Shown here: positions 16,801 to 23,737 of the stretch, piece by piece
Position numbering within the stretch: the stretch's first letter is position 1
Layout of the letters: every line of letters starts with the position of its first letter
Source of the DNA: Thermoplasmata archaeon
Lineage (GTDB): Archaea > Thermoplasmatota > SW-10-69-26 > JACQPN01 > JAJPHT01
Assembly (NCBI GenBank): GCA_034667685.1
Contig: JAXDQU010000098.1
Coordinates: forward strand, 1 to 28,187
Length of the DNA stretch: 28,187 bases
Reading direction: 5' to 3'
Translations under genes and position numbers: made by a program
The notes under the pieces: model-generated
Database searches by the model: none
What the model was told of the DNA's origin: nothing
The model's input: the letters and a program-made list of their open reading frames with translations, nothing else

Positions 16801-18024
16801 ACGCTGATGGTCGAGGTCAAGCCGGCCAGCGGCCTCGGCACCTCGCAGTTCACCGGCGCGACCGGCGCCCTGATCCTCCAGGGCCCTGGCGTGACGTTCT
16901 TCCCTGAGTCGCTGACCCAGGGCCAGACCACGCCGCTGACCGTGACCGTGACGAACCTCACGGGCTCGCCCCTGGCGGGTCTCGAGGTCCGCGCGTGCGG
17001 CCAGTCGCTCAACCCGAACTTCCCGGCGACGCTCCCCGCGACGCTCGACGCGAGCCAGCAGGCGAACTGCACGGCTGTCTCGACGACGAACACGCAGGGC
17101 AGCGTCACGCTGAGCCTGTCGCCGTCCTCGGCTTCGGCGATCGAGATCTACGTGAACCTCACGGACACGAACACCTCGGTCCCCGTCTTCGGTGGCAAGC
17201 TCACGCTGAGCATCAACAACAGCTCGCCGAAGGCCGGCGACACGGTGACCCTCACCGTCGCGACGTCGGGCGGCATCCCCGTCCCCGGCGCGACGTTGTC
17301 GATCACCCACGACGGCACGGCGGTCACGAGCCCGAGCATCGACAACTCGGGCCACGCGGTCCTCAGCAACCTGACCGCGGGCAACTACTCGGTGACCGGG
17401 ACCTTCGCGACGTTCACGCCGGCGTACCTCAACTTCACCGTTGGGTCCGCGGGCGGCAACGTCACCGTGCACGGCGCGCACTTCACGCTGTCCAACCTCA
17501 CGCTGCCCGACCAGATCAACGTCGGTCAGCCCGTGACGGTCAGCGTGGACATCACCAACGATGGTGACGCGGCGGGCACGGCGGACGCCATCCTCTACGT
17601 CGGCCCTGCCGGCCACGAGGCTGCCGTCGCGACGTTCAGCTTCCCCGACCTCGCCGCGGGCTCGACCCAGCCGATCACGTTCCAGCCGTACACGCCCGTC
17701 GTGGCCGGCTCGTACCACGTGATCGTCAAGATCGGCACGCAGGCGATCGTGGACCGCACCGTGACCGTCGGCACCCCGACGGGCACGACGCCCACCAGCA
17801 CGAGCACGTCGCCCACCACCACGACGACGGCCACGTCGCCGACCACCTCGACGACGGTCACGTCGCCGACGGTGAGCTCGTCGCCCGTGACGCCGACGTC
17901 GAGCAGCACCCCCGTCAGCAGCACGACCACGAACCCGAGCCCCAAGGTGCCCGGCTTCGAGGTCGTCGCCCTGATCGGTGCCATCGGCGCCGCGCTGCTG
18001 GTCCTGCGCCGCAAGACCAACTAG
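13861..18024 (+). CDS. Large cell-surface glycoprotein / probable S-layer protein with PGF-CTERM sorting signal
   Basis: Signal peptide; Ig-like beta-rich body with dozens of N-X-S/T sequons; CARDB-like domain (VSVDITNDGDAAG); Thr/Ser/Pro linker; VPGF + TM helix + RRK terminus. Confidence 0.88.
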   Translation: MDATTKTKTFALAFAALMAGSLLVAGYANADVIAGDATSGARNVADTTTVLTVGNPIRVLHWNSSTTNAGVAYPENTSLYYNSTIDLTITAVNNSGAGQTGGLDFTAGHTYQLVAPSFGTVGSAVTPSADLEHCGWSAAKVAGYNASTSNPTEKAALTDYMVPCVSASTDTSSRFVNLTFPHAVLNESGTWMVNDTTSNTAVAQFSVASKIGEMTVTLSKTSATYTPTVSGGFFFTITATNQAGGALVGAAVTIFPSISGFTNGALTDATGTATALQSGTPAAGKYLVNVTANVGGSSAADIKGQANLTINAAPLTFAWNSSTAYTGFQNTVSFTPMLPADNAGVVMPVFQTGSSFLNSAAKAYNLSVTYPDGSIIWASSIATGANQTFASALSGCYNATNQLWYGANWTANTTLGAGGSSCPANVSARLVSVLTVDEGQYPTAGSHVSAGQVSFAPGSDFWVGGTYTFGLTLDTVPSLGTDNLVNEYTGSTTFAPTGAASINLVLTESGNTVSTLTVLPTASNALQSHTLALNITGTNVFSHPLCETNSDPGQALARASCKNANNNLAAPSATDEKNFVANVTVTGAVLTGTNSGLVGVPSGNTLGSYNFMTYDAPTGIVTISNVVPTGSGNVVFTATWPGVGTMSLTVPTSQGAVLTSDTTSIQEGQATNFTVSVKDANNNYVTTAQITCIYEDGTTALSNLVANSVTNSCTGSGVQGTGASGLGQGGVYNINETSMVTQNVIIQAKIQAPGGGSTSYALYRLQVTAGHDYNVTTNVADTSAGLPTFLSVKAVNSTGAGVPATTGQLYLLTAQEKKDLLANGTTGLSTVQSGGVTSRHFGTGATALLGNSTTCCLNATVVLGAGTYYVYVQDAAGNALTHDNLNNMPTLTVHNYTVSFAPQSVPVWWIGKSNVTVNATVMDWQGNNAPNGTFIQYSAANSTGALVNPSSHAVNFDAINSTASTLNGKITLTLTAGIPGTLMVEVKPASGLGTSQFTGATGALILQGPGVTFFPESLTQGQTTPLTVTVTNLTGSPLAGLEVRACGQSLNPNFPATLPATLDASQQANCTAVSTTNTQGSVTLSLSPSSASAIEIYVNLTDTNTSVPVFGGKLTLSINNSSPKAGDTVTLTVATSGGIPVPGATLSITHDGTAVTSPSIDNSGHAVLSNLTAGNYSVTGTFATFTPAYLNFTVGSAGGNVTVHGAHFTLSNLTLPDQINVGQPVTVSVDITNDGDAAGTADAILYVGPAGHEAAVATFSFPDLAAGSTQPITFQPYTPVVAGSYHVIVKIGTQAIVDRTVTVGTPTGTTPTSTSTSPTTTTTATSPTTSTTVTSPTVSSSPVTPTSSSTPVSSTTTNPSPKVPGFEVVALIGAIGAALLVLRRKTN
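17775..17945 (+). repeat. Low-complexity Thr/Ser/Pro linker with imperfect TSPT repeats
   Basis: Three CACGTCGCC(C/G)AC copies encoding TSPT within the pre-PGF linker. Confidence 0.65.
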
Positions 18025-18034
18025 GCGAGCCATC

Positions 18035-18070
18035 GGGGGGCGCGAGCCCCCCTTCCTTCTTTTCTTCTTC
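18035..18070 (+). terminator. Hairpin + pyrimidine-tract terminator of the S-layer-like gene
   Basis: GGGGGGC-GCGA-GCCCCCC followed by TTCCTTCTTTTCTTCTTC. Confidence 0.8.
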
Positions 18071-18146
18071 TCGATGCTCCAGCGTGAGCGCTCCGTCGCG
18101 CGTCCGGGGGCACGATTGATATCCCCCCAGGCGAACGGCCGGGCGC

Positions 18147-18602
18147 ATGATCCCGCTCGTCGAGATCGGACGCGGCCTGCAGAGGAGCCACGCGCGCCGC
18201 CGCGTCCTGGAGGCCTTGGACTGGCTGGGCCGCGCGCCCCTCGCCGCGATCGCCGAGGCCGCGCGCCAGACGCCCGCTCGCGCCCACGCGGTCCTGCACG
18301 GCGACCTGCCCGGTTTCCGGCGCGACCGCTCCCTCGTGGCGCTGGAGCTGGTGGAGCAAGCGGAGGACGGCTACGAGATCACGGCGCGCGGCCGGCTCGT
18401 CGCGAGCGCGCTGCGCCGCGAGGGCGGGATGAAGCTCCTGGTCGAAGGGCCCGTGCGGCCCGCGCCGCGGGAGGCGCGGCGCATCGCCCGCGAGACGTGC
18501 CCCGCGTGTGGACACCGGCGCGGCGAGCCGCTGCCGGAAGAAGGGAGGATCGGCTTGCCTACGCCCGAGGCTTCTGCTCGGGGGGCTTCGCGGCGGCCTT
18601 GA
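18147..18602 (+). CDS. EarA (DUF1495)-family winged-helix transcriptional regulator
   Basis: LQRSHARRRVL...LAAIA...P...AVLHG...F...SLVALELVE...YEITARG resembles the EarA pattern as I recall it; C-terminal extension with CPACG. Confidence 0.68.
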   Translation: MIPLVEIGRGLQRSHARRRVLEALDWLGRAPLAAIAEAARQTPARAHAVLHGDLPGFRRDRSLVALELVEQAEDGYEITARGRLVASALRREGGMKLLVEGPVRPAPREARRIARETCPACGHRRGEPLPEEGRIGLPTPEASARGASRRP

Positions 18603-18870
18603 GCGCCTCGGCGATCTGCTGGAGGAGGACGCTCTTCGCGCCGCGCGCGTCGATGAGGACGCGCCCCTCGGACTTCCACCAGCGCTTCGGGTGGCTCACG
18701 CCCTTCTCGAGCACCGGGCGCAGGTGCATCTTCGCGGCGATGTTGGCCACCGCCTCGGCGGTGGGATCCTCGATGGCGAGCGACTTGGGCACGCGCCGCC
18801 AGGGCCGAGGCTCGGCGATATCAAAATAGAGCGGCCAGAGCACGATCTTGCCGTCGTCGCGCGAGACCAT
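18559..18870 (-). CDS. srp19: Signal recognition particle 19 kDa protein
   Basis: VLWPLYFD...RRVPKSLAIEDP...HPKRWW...GRVLID...KSVLLQQIA. Confidence 0.93.
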   Translation of the reverse strand: MVSRDDGKIVLWPLYFDIAEPRPWRRVPKSLAIEDPTAEAVANIAAKMHLRPVLEKGVSHPKRWWKSEGRVLIDARGAKSVLLQQIAEALKAAAKPPEQKPRA

Positions 18871-18892
18871 AAAGAACAGGTGTGCGATGGTC

Positions 18893-19273
18893 CTACTCGA
18901 CGAGGACCGCGTTGATCGCGCCGTGCTGGCCGGGGCGGCTCGTGATGCGCGCCTTGCCCGCGGACGTCTGGATGATAGCGCCCTTGGTCATGATGTTGCG
19001 GCGCACGTAGTTGATGTTCGCGGGGTTGCCGGTCACGGTCTGGATCTTGGCGGGCGCGGTCTTCCCCGTCTTGGGGTTGGTGACGTTCGCGGTGTCCGCC
19101 TTGAGCATGCGCACGCGGACCTCGGCGGCGCGGATGCGCACGTACTTGCGCTTCGTCGCGCCGAGCACCGTCAGGACGGGCTCGCGGCCGATCTCGAACT
19201 TGCGCTTCTTGTGGGCCATCATCCGGCGTCCGCCGGAGGGCTTGCGCTTGGATTCGCCCTGCCAAATCGCCAT
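18893..19273 (-). CDS. rps8e: 30S ribosomal protein S8e (eS8)
   Basis: MAIWQGESKRKPSGGR...KKRKFEIGREP...NPANINYVRRNIMTKGAII...ARITSRPGQHGAINAVL. Confidence 0.96.
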   Translation of the reverse strand: MAIWQGESKRKPSGGRRMMAHKKRKFEIGREPVLTVLGATKRKYVRIRAAEVRVRMLKADTANVTNPKTGKTAPAKIQTVTGNPANINYVRRNIMTKGAIIQTSAGKARITSRPGQHGAINAVLVE

Positions 19274-19562
19274 GGACACACCTGTCTGAGGCGGCTGCGA
19301 ACCCCATGCCCCTATTTGAGGATTTGGCGGGCTGGATGGCGGACGTGGCGGAAAGGGGCCAAGGCTCCCGACGCGCGTGTTAAGTATTGGCAGGGGTGTT
19401 TCGGATGGAGCCACTCCCCGTCCCGCAGGTGCGGCACTGAGAAATCTTCTTATACAGATATGGGAACATAGGCCTCACGCACAGGGTTCCCGGCACCGCG
19501 CCGGTGGAGCTTTGCGGGATGCGCGCGATGCGCCCGTCCCCGTGCCCAGGAAGGAACAGGAG

Positions 19563-19967
19563 ATGGCTCAACTTTCCCGTCGCGAGGCCGACTTGGAGAT
19601 CATCACCGTCGAGGATCTCTCGCAGGCGATCCAGGACCGCATCGGCCTCGGCCTCGAAGAGGCGGACCGTGACGCGGAGTTCGTCATGGACATCTTCGGC
19701 TTCAACGACCGCATCATCGACAACGTCCTGGAGCCGGAGGACCGCCAGCTCTTCTACATCCTGGAAGAAGAGGGCCTCCTCACGACCGAGCGCGAGGAGA
19801 CGACGCTCTACGACGGCCGCGAGTGGCGCACCCACTACTGGCTCTTCCGCAAGGACAAGATCCTCGCCTCCGCCGAGGCCGCGCGCGCGAAGGGCGCCAA
19901 CGCGGACCACGAGTTCGGCATCTACGCCGAGATGCCGGAAGATGTTTGGGCGGCGCGCAAGCGCTGA
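19563..19967 (+). CDS. Conserved Thermoplasmatota protein (DUF6015-like)
   Basis: VMDIFGFNDRIIDNVLEPEDRQLFYILEEEGLLTTEREETTLYDGREWRTHYW; family assignment from memory; ATG follows a purine-rich SD. Confidence 0.7.
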   Translation: MAQLSRREADLEIITVEDLSQAIQDRIGLGLEEADRDAEFVMDIFGFNDRIIDNVLEPEDRQLFYILEEEGLLTTEREETTLYDGREWRTHYWLFRKDKILASAEAARAKGANADHEFGIYAEMPEDVWAARKR

Positions 19968-20010
19968 GTGGGACCAATTCTTCATACGGGGGCCGCGCCT
20001 TGCCCGGCGC

Positions 20011-20226
20011 ATGGCCCTTCCCCTTGACGTTCTCGAGCGAAGCATCAACAAGAAGATGGCGCTCCAGCTCAAGGACGGTCGCGTCATCGAGGGCAAGCTC
20101 GTCGGCTACGACCAATACATGAACCTCGTCCTGGAAGAGAGCGAGGAGAAGTCGGGCGAGACGGGTCGCCGCCTGGGCACGCTGGTGCTTCGCGGCAACA
20201 ACGTGGTGACGATCAGCCCGCAGTAA
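20011..20226 (+). CDS. lsm: Sm-like archaeal protein (Lsm/SmAP)
   Basis: PLDVL...LKDGRVIEGKLVGYDQYMNLVLEE (Sm1) and LGTLVLRGNNVVTISP (Sm2). Confidence 0.95.
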   Translation: MALPLDVLERSINKKMALQLKDGRVIEGKLVGYDQYMNLVLEESEEKSGETGRRLGTLVLRGNNVVTISPQ

Positions 20227-20271
20227 GTCCCTTCTTTAAATACGGGGCGACCCCGTGTTTCAAAATCTATA

Positions 20272-20398
20272 AGAGTGCGGCCACGCTGATGGGAATCCGG
20301 AAGGGCCCGGCTGGTAGTTGTTCAAGTGCATCCCATCCCCTCCTTGTGAGGCCAGTCTCGTCCTTCCACTCTCACATCCGCCAGGCACTTCTGGCGGA
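20272..20398. ncRNA. Candidate structured non-coding RNA between convergent lsm and map
   Basis: Nested stems and a potential pseudoknot (see findings); TATA-like CAAAATCTATAAG at 20261-20273; no codon-biased ORF. Confidence 0.35.
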
Positions 20399-20425
20399 CT
20401 CACCATTCTCCCAGCGCAGCGGCTC

Positions 20426-21325
20426 TCACGCCTTCGTCGTGACGATGCATTCGGAGTCGAGCACCAGCACCGTGTGCTCGAACTGCGTGACCTGGCCGTC
20501 CGCGATCTCGTGGAGCACCGGGTACTGCTTGACGACGCCCGCGCGCTCCAGCACGCGCATGACGTAGGGCACGCGCTCGGCGGGCACGGCCTTCGCGACC
20601 CAGCGCTCGGCGAAGGGGAGCTTCTCGTGGTGGTCCTGGACGTATTTCATCGCCTCGCGCGCCTGCGCGTCGCGCACCGGCCGCGCGCCCATGAAGTGGT
20701 AGATGTGGCCGCCGCGCGTGTCGCGGATCTTGCCGCTGCCCGTCGTGCTGAAGGGCTCGATGGCGATGGCGGTGCCCGGCTTCACGCGGCCGCGCGCGGT
20801 CTGCGCCACGTTGGGGATCGAGAGCCCCGCGTGCTGCACGTACTGGTCGACGCTGTGCCCGGTGAGGTTCACGATCGGCTGGTAGCCCCGGCCGCGGATG
20901 GTGCTCTCCAGCGCGCGGCTGATGTCCTCGATCGCGACGTTGGGCTTCACGACCGCCAGCGCGGCCGCGAGCGCGTCGCGCGTCGCCTGCGCCAGGTCGT
21001 CGAACTTGTGGGTGCCCACCTCGACGGTGATCGCCGTGTCGCCGATCCAGCCGTCGACCTGCACGCCGCAGTCGAGCTTCACGACCTGGCCCTCGGTGAA
21101 CACGCGCGTGTCGAGCACGCCGGGCGTGTCGTGCGCGGCGTCCGCGTCGAGCGAGATGCAGCAGGGGAACGCGGGCTCGCCGCCGTGGTCCGCGATGAAC
21201 TTCTCCACCGCCTCGGCGACCTCGATCATCTTGGCGCCGGGCTTCACCAGCGTCGCGCCGTAGTCGCGCGCGCGTCCCGCGAGGTTTCCGGCCTTGCGGT
21301 ACTTCTCAATCGCCTCGGCGTCCAA
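20426..21325 (-). CDS. map: Methionine aminopeptidase type II
   Basis: PAFPCCIS...AAHDTP, KLDCGVQVDGWIGDTA, NLTGHS, AIEPF, QFEHTV. Confidence 0.96.
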   Translation of the reverse strand: MDAEAIEKYRKAGNLAGRARDYGATLVKPGAKMIEVAEAVEKFIADHGGEPAFPCCISLDADAAHDTPGVLDTRVFTEGQVVKLDCGVQVDGWIGDTAITVEVGTHKFDDLAQATRDALAAALAVVKPNVAIEDISRALESTIRGRGYQPIVNLTGHSVDQYVQHAGLSIPNVAQTARGRVKPGTAIAIEPFSTTGSGKIRDTRGGHIYHFMGARPVRDAQAREAMKYVQDHHEKLPFAERWVAKAVPAERVPYVMRVLERAGVVKQYPVLHEIADGQVTQFEHTVLVLDSECIVTTKA

Positions 21326-21818
21326 CGGCTTCGACCTCGGCCGCGGCAGGCGCGCCGTCGCGCAAAACCTTTGCTTCCTCGCCGGTCGCGTCGACGCGCG
21401 CGCTGCCCGCGCTTGGCGCCACGGCGATCGGGCCGAAATGCCGCGCCAGCGCGCGCGTGCGCTCGTCCACGGGCGCGCGCACCGCGACGTGCTCGCCCGC
21501 GGCGGTGACCTCGTCGGGCACGTAGGGTCGGGCGCGCAGGCGCATCGCGAGCGTGCCGGGCCAGAAGGCGTCGGCGAGGCGGCGCGCGAGCGGCGTGGCG
21601 AACGCGACGTGCCCGAGGTCCTCGAAGCCGCCCACGACGACGTCGAGCGGGGCGTCGGCGGGCAGGCCCAGCGCCTCGCGCAGCGCGAGCGCGGCCGTCT
21701 CGTGCAGCGCGTCGGCCGCGAGCGCCTCGCCCCCGTCGAGCGGGATCGCGACGACCTCGCCCGCGTCGAGCCGCGCGGTCGCCTGCGCGATCCACTCGTC
21801 CGCGTCCACGCGGCTCAC
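21306..21818 (-). CDS. Sua5/YrdC/TsaC-fold protein, apparently catalytically degenerate
   Basis: LDAGEVVAIP, LADAFWPGTL and VAVRAP are retained; TETVYG, KxR and TSAN are absent. GTGA overlap with the mbf1 stop. Confidence 0.72.
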   Translation of the reverse strand: MSRVDADEWIAQATARLDAGEVVAIPLDGGEALAADALHETAALALREALGLPADAPLDVVVGGFEDLGHVAFATPLARRLADAFWPGTLAMRLRARPYVPDEVTAAGEHVAVRAPVDERTRALARHFGPIAVAPSAGSARVDATGEEAKVLRDGAPAAAEVEAVGRRGD

Positions 21819-22324
21819 TTCTTCTCGAGCTGCTTCTTGATGAGGTCGCCCAGCGTGAGGTCCTTCTGGGCGGTGGCGGTGAAGGCCTGGCCGCCCATGC
21901 CCGCGGGCGTCTCGGGCTTCTCCTTGAGCTTGATGCCCAGCTCGCGCTCCAGCTTGGCGATCAGCGTGTCGGGCGGGTGGTACGTCCCCTTCTCGGCGTT
22001 GGCGAGGTTGCTCGCCCGCTCCTTGATCCGCTCGCCCAGCTGCTCGACCGTCATGCCCTTCTTCTCGCGCCCGCGGCGGATGCGCTCGCCGTAGTCCTCG
22101 ACGAGCTCCTCCTGCATGTTGTCGTAGATGTCGCGGGGCTTGCCGCGGACCGCGCGGCGCTCCATGGCCTGGGTCGTCTGGCTGCGCCCCGTGACCTCGG
22201 TCCGTGCGCCGGCCTGCTCGACGCCGAACTTGACGCAGTTGCCGCAGACGGACATGGTCGTGCCCTCGATCAGGGCGCGACGAAGCGTCGGGAACTCCTT
22301 GCCGCACATCTCGCAGGAGGGCAT
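21815..22324 (-). CDS. mbf1: Archaeal multiprotein bridging factor 1 (Zn-ribbon + HTH)
   Basis: CEMCG...IEG...VCGNC, ELVEDYGERIRRGREKKGMT, KLERELGIKL, LTLGDLI. Confidence 0.94.
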   Translation of the reverse strand: MPSCEMCGKEFPTLRRALIEGTTMSVCGNCVKFGVEQAGARTEVTGRSQTTQAMERRAVRGKPRDIYDNMQEELVEDYGERIRRGREKKGMTVEQLGERIKERASNLANAEKGTYHPPDTLIAKLERELGIKLKEKPETPAGMGGQAFTATAQKDLTLGDLIKKQLEKK

Positions 22325-22348
22325 CGGCGACCCGAGGGCCGGCTTCGG

Positions 22349-22381
22349 GATAAAGCCTGGCGTTTCCACAAACGCTTAATA
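22349..22381. promoter_or_regulatory. Divergent TATA boxes for mbf1 (leaderless) and pan
   Basis: CTTTATC on the minus strand (22355-22349), about 28 nt before the mbf1 ATG; TTAATA on the plus strand at 22376-22381. Confidence 0.55.
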
Positions 22382-22464
22382 TGGAGCAACCCTACCCAAC
22401 GCCTGCGCCGCCCCCGGGGAAAAGGCGTTTTTCCCGAGAAAACTCGCGCAAAGGAAGCTGCCCC

Positions 22465-23718
22465 GTGTCCGAGGACGACATCTTCACGCCGCTCCCCATG
22501 GACGGGATCGTTCCGAGCGAGGACGACGAGCGCTACCTGATCGAGCGCGTCAAGCACCTGGAGGAGCGCAACGCGCAGCTCCGCGACCAGAAGCGCCGGC
22601 TGGAGACCCAGTACCGCAACGCCGAGAACGACCGGCAGCGCCTCGCGCGCGAGATCAAGCACATCAAGGCGGAGACGGAGAAGCTGAAGTCCCCGCCGCT
22701 CATCGTCGGCTACGTCAAGGACATCCTGGAGGACGGCCGCGTCGTGCTCAAGAGCAGCACCGGCCCGCACTTCGTCGTCCACGTCGCCGAGTTCGTCGAC
22801 CGCGCCACCATGAAGGCCGGCGACCGCGTCTCGCTCAACCAGCAGAGCCTCAGCGTCGTGGGCGTGCTGCCCGCCTCGCTGGACCCCGCGGTCTACGGTG
22901 CCGAAGTGGTCGAGCACCCGACCGTCACCTACGAGGACGTCGGCGGCATCAAGGCGCAGCTCCAGGAGATCCGGGAAGCGATCGAGCTCCCGATGAACCG
23001 CCCCGAGCTCTTCGAGCGCGTGGGCATCGACCCGCCCAAGGGCATCCTCCTGCACGGTCCGCCCGGCACGGGCAAGACCTTGATCGCCAAGGCCGTCGCG
23101 CACCACACGAACGCGACGTTCATCAAGCTCGCGGGCTCGGAGCTGGTGCAGAAGTACATCGGCGAGGGCGCGCGTCTCGTGCGCGAGCTTTTCCAGATGG
23201 CGCGCGCCAAGGCGCCCAGCATCCTCTTCATCGACGAGCTCGACGCCATCGGCGCGTCGCGCTACGAAGCGAGCACGTCGGGCGACCGCGAAGTCCAGCG
23301 CACGCTGATGCAACTGCTCAGCGAGATGGACGGCTTCAGCCCGCGCGGCGACGTCAAGATCATCGCGGCCACCAACCGCCCCGACATGCTCGACTCCGCG
23401 CTCACGCGCCCGGGCCGCTTCGACCGCCTCATCGAGATCCCGCGCCCCGACCTCGACAGCCGGCGCGAGATCTTCGGCATCCACACGCGCCGCATGAGCC
23501 TCGGCGGGGACGTCGACCTCGCGCGCCTCGCGCTCCAGGTGGGCGAGGACACCACCGGCGCCGACATCAAGGCCGTCTGCACCGAGGCCGGCATGTTCGC
23601 CATCCGCGAGGAAAGGGATGCGGTGTCCATGGTCGACTTCGAGAAGTCGATCCGCAAGCTCCTGGGCCAGAAGATCGGCGGCGCGCAGAACCTGCACAAG
23701 GACAGCGCGTTCGCCTGA
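22465..23718 (+). CDS. pan: Proteasome-activating nucleotidase (AAA+)
   Basis: Coiled coil, SPPLIVG OB domain, Walker A GPPGTGKT, Walker B FIDELD, AATNRPD...RPGRFDR, C-terminal AFA. Start re-called to GTG 22465. Confidence 0.95.
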   Translation: MSEDDIFTPLPMDGIVPSEDDERYLIERVKHLEERNAQLRDQKRRLETQYRNAENDRQRLAREIKHIKAETEKLKSPPLIVGYVKDILEDGRVVLKSSTGPHFVVHVAEFVDRATMKAGDRVSLNQQSLSVVGVLPASLDPAVYGAEVVEHPTVTYEDVGGIKAQLQEIREAIELPMNRPELFERVGIDPPKGILLHGPPGTGKTLIAKAVAHHTNATFIKLAGSELVQKYIGEGARLVRELFQMARAKAPSILFIDELDAIGASRYEASTSGDREVQRTLMQLLSEMDGFSPRGDVKIIAATNRPDMLDSALTRPGRFDRLIEIPRPDLDSRREIFGIHTRRMSLGGDVDLARLALQVGEDTTGADIKAVCTEAGMFAIREERDAVSMVDFEKSIRKLLGQKIGGAQNLHKDSAFA

Positions 23719-23737
23719 CGTCGCCACGGCAACGTTC

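Noticed and set aside
13795-18033. 1412-aa antisense ORF, and other long shadow ORFs (55-1290, 1993-4335, 4236-6797, 4610-7042, 22270-23739, 24447-26531)
   Set aside because: Arg/Gly/Ala-rich translations without motifs that overlap well-supported genes; expected from stop-codon scarcity at high GC3.
20272-20372. Assignment of the structured region to SRP RNA, fluoride riboswitch, hammerhead, HDV-like ribozyme or C/D guide
   Set aside because: Only partial motifs (CCGGAAGG, GCTGATGG) are present; the required cores (GAGCA of helix 8, CUGANGA/GAAA, P3/L3 with catalytic C, complete C and D boxes) were not found.
20260-20406. 48-codon minus-strand ORF (MVSPPEVPGG...) after map
   Set aside because: Codon usage lacks the genome's GC3 bias and there is no recognisable motif.
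23704-23718. PAN C-terminus AFA instead of canonical HbYX
   Set aside because: Phe-containing variants are common in euryarchaeal PAN proteins, so this is not unusual.
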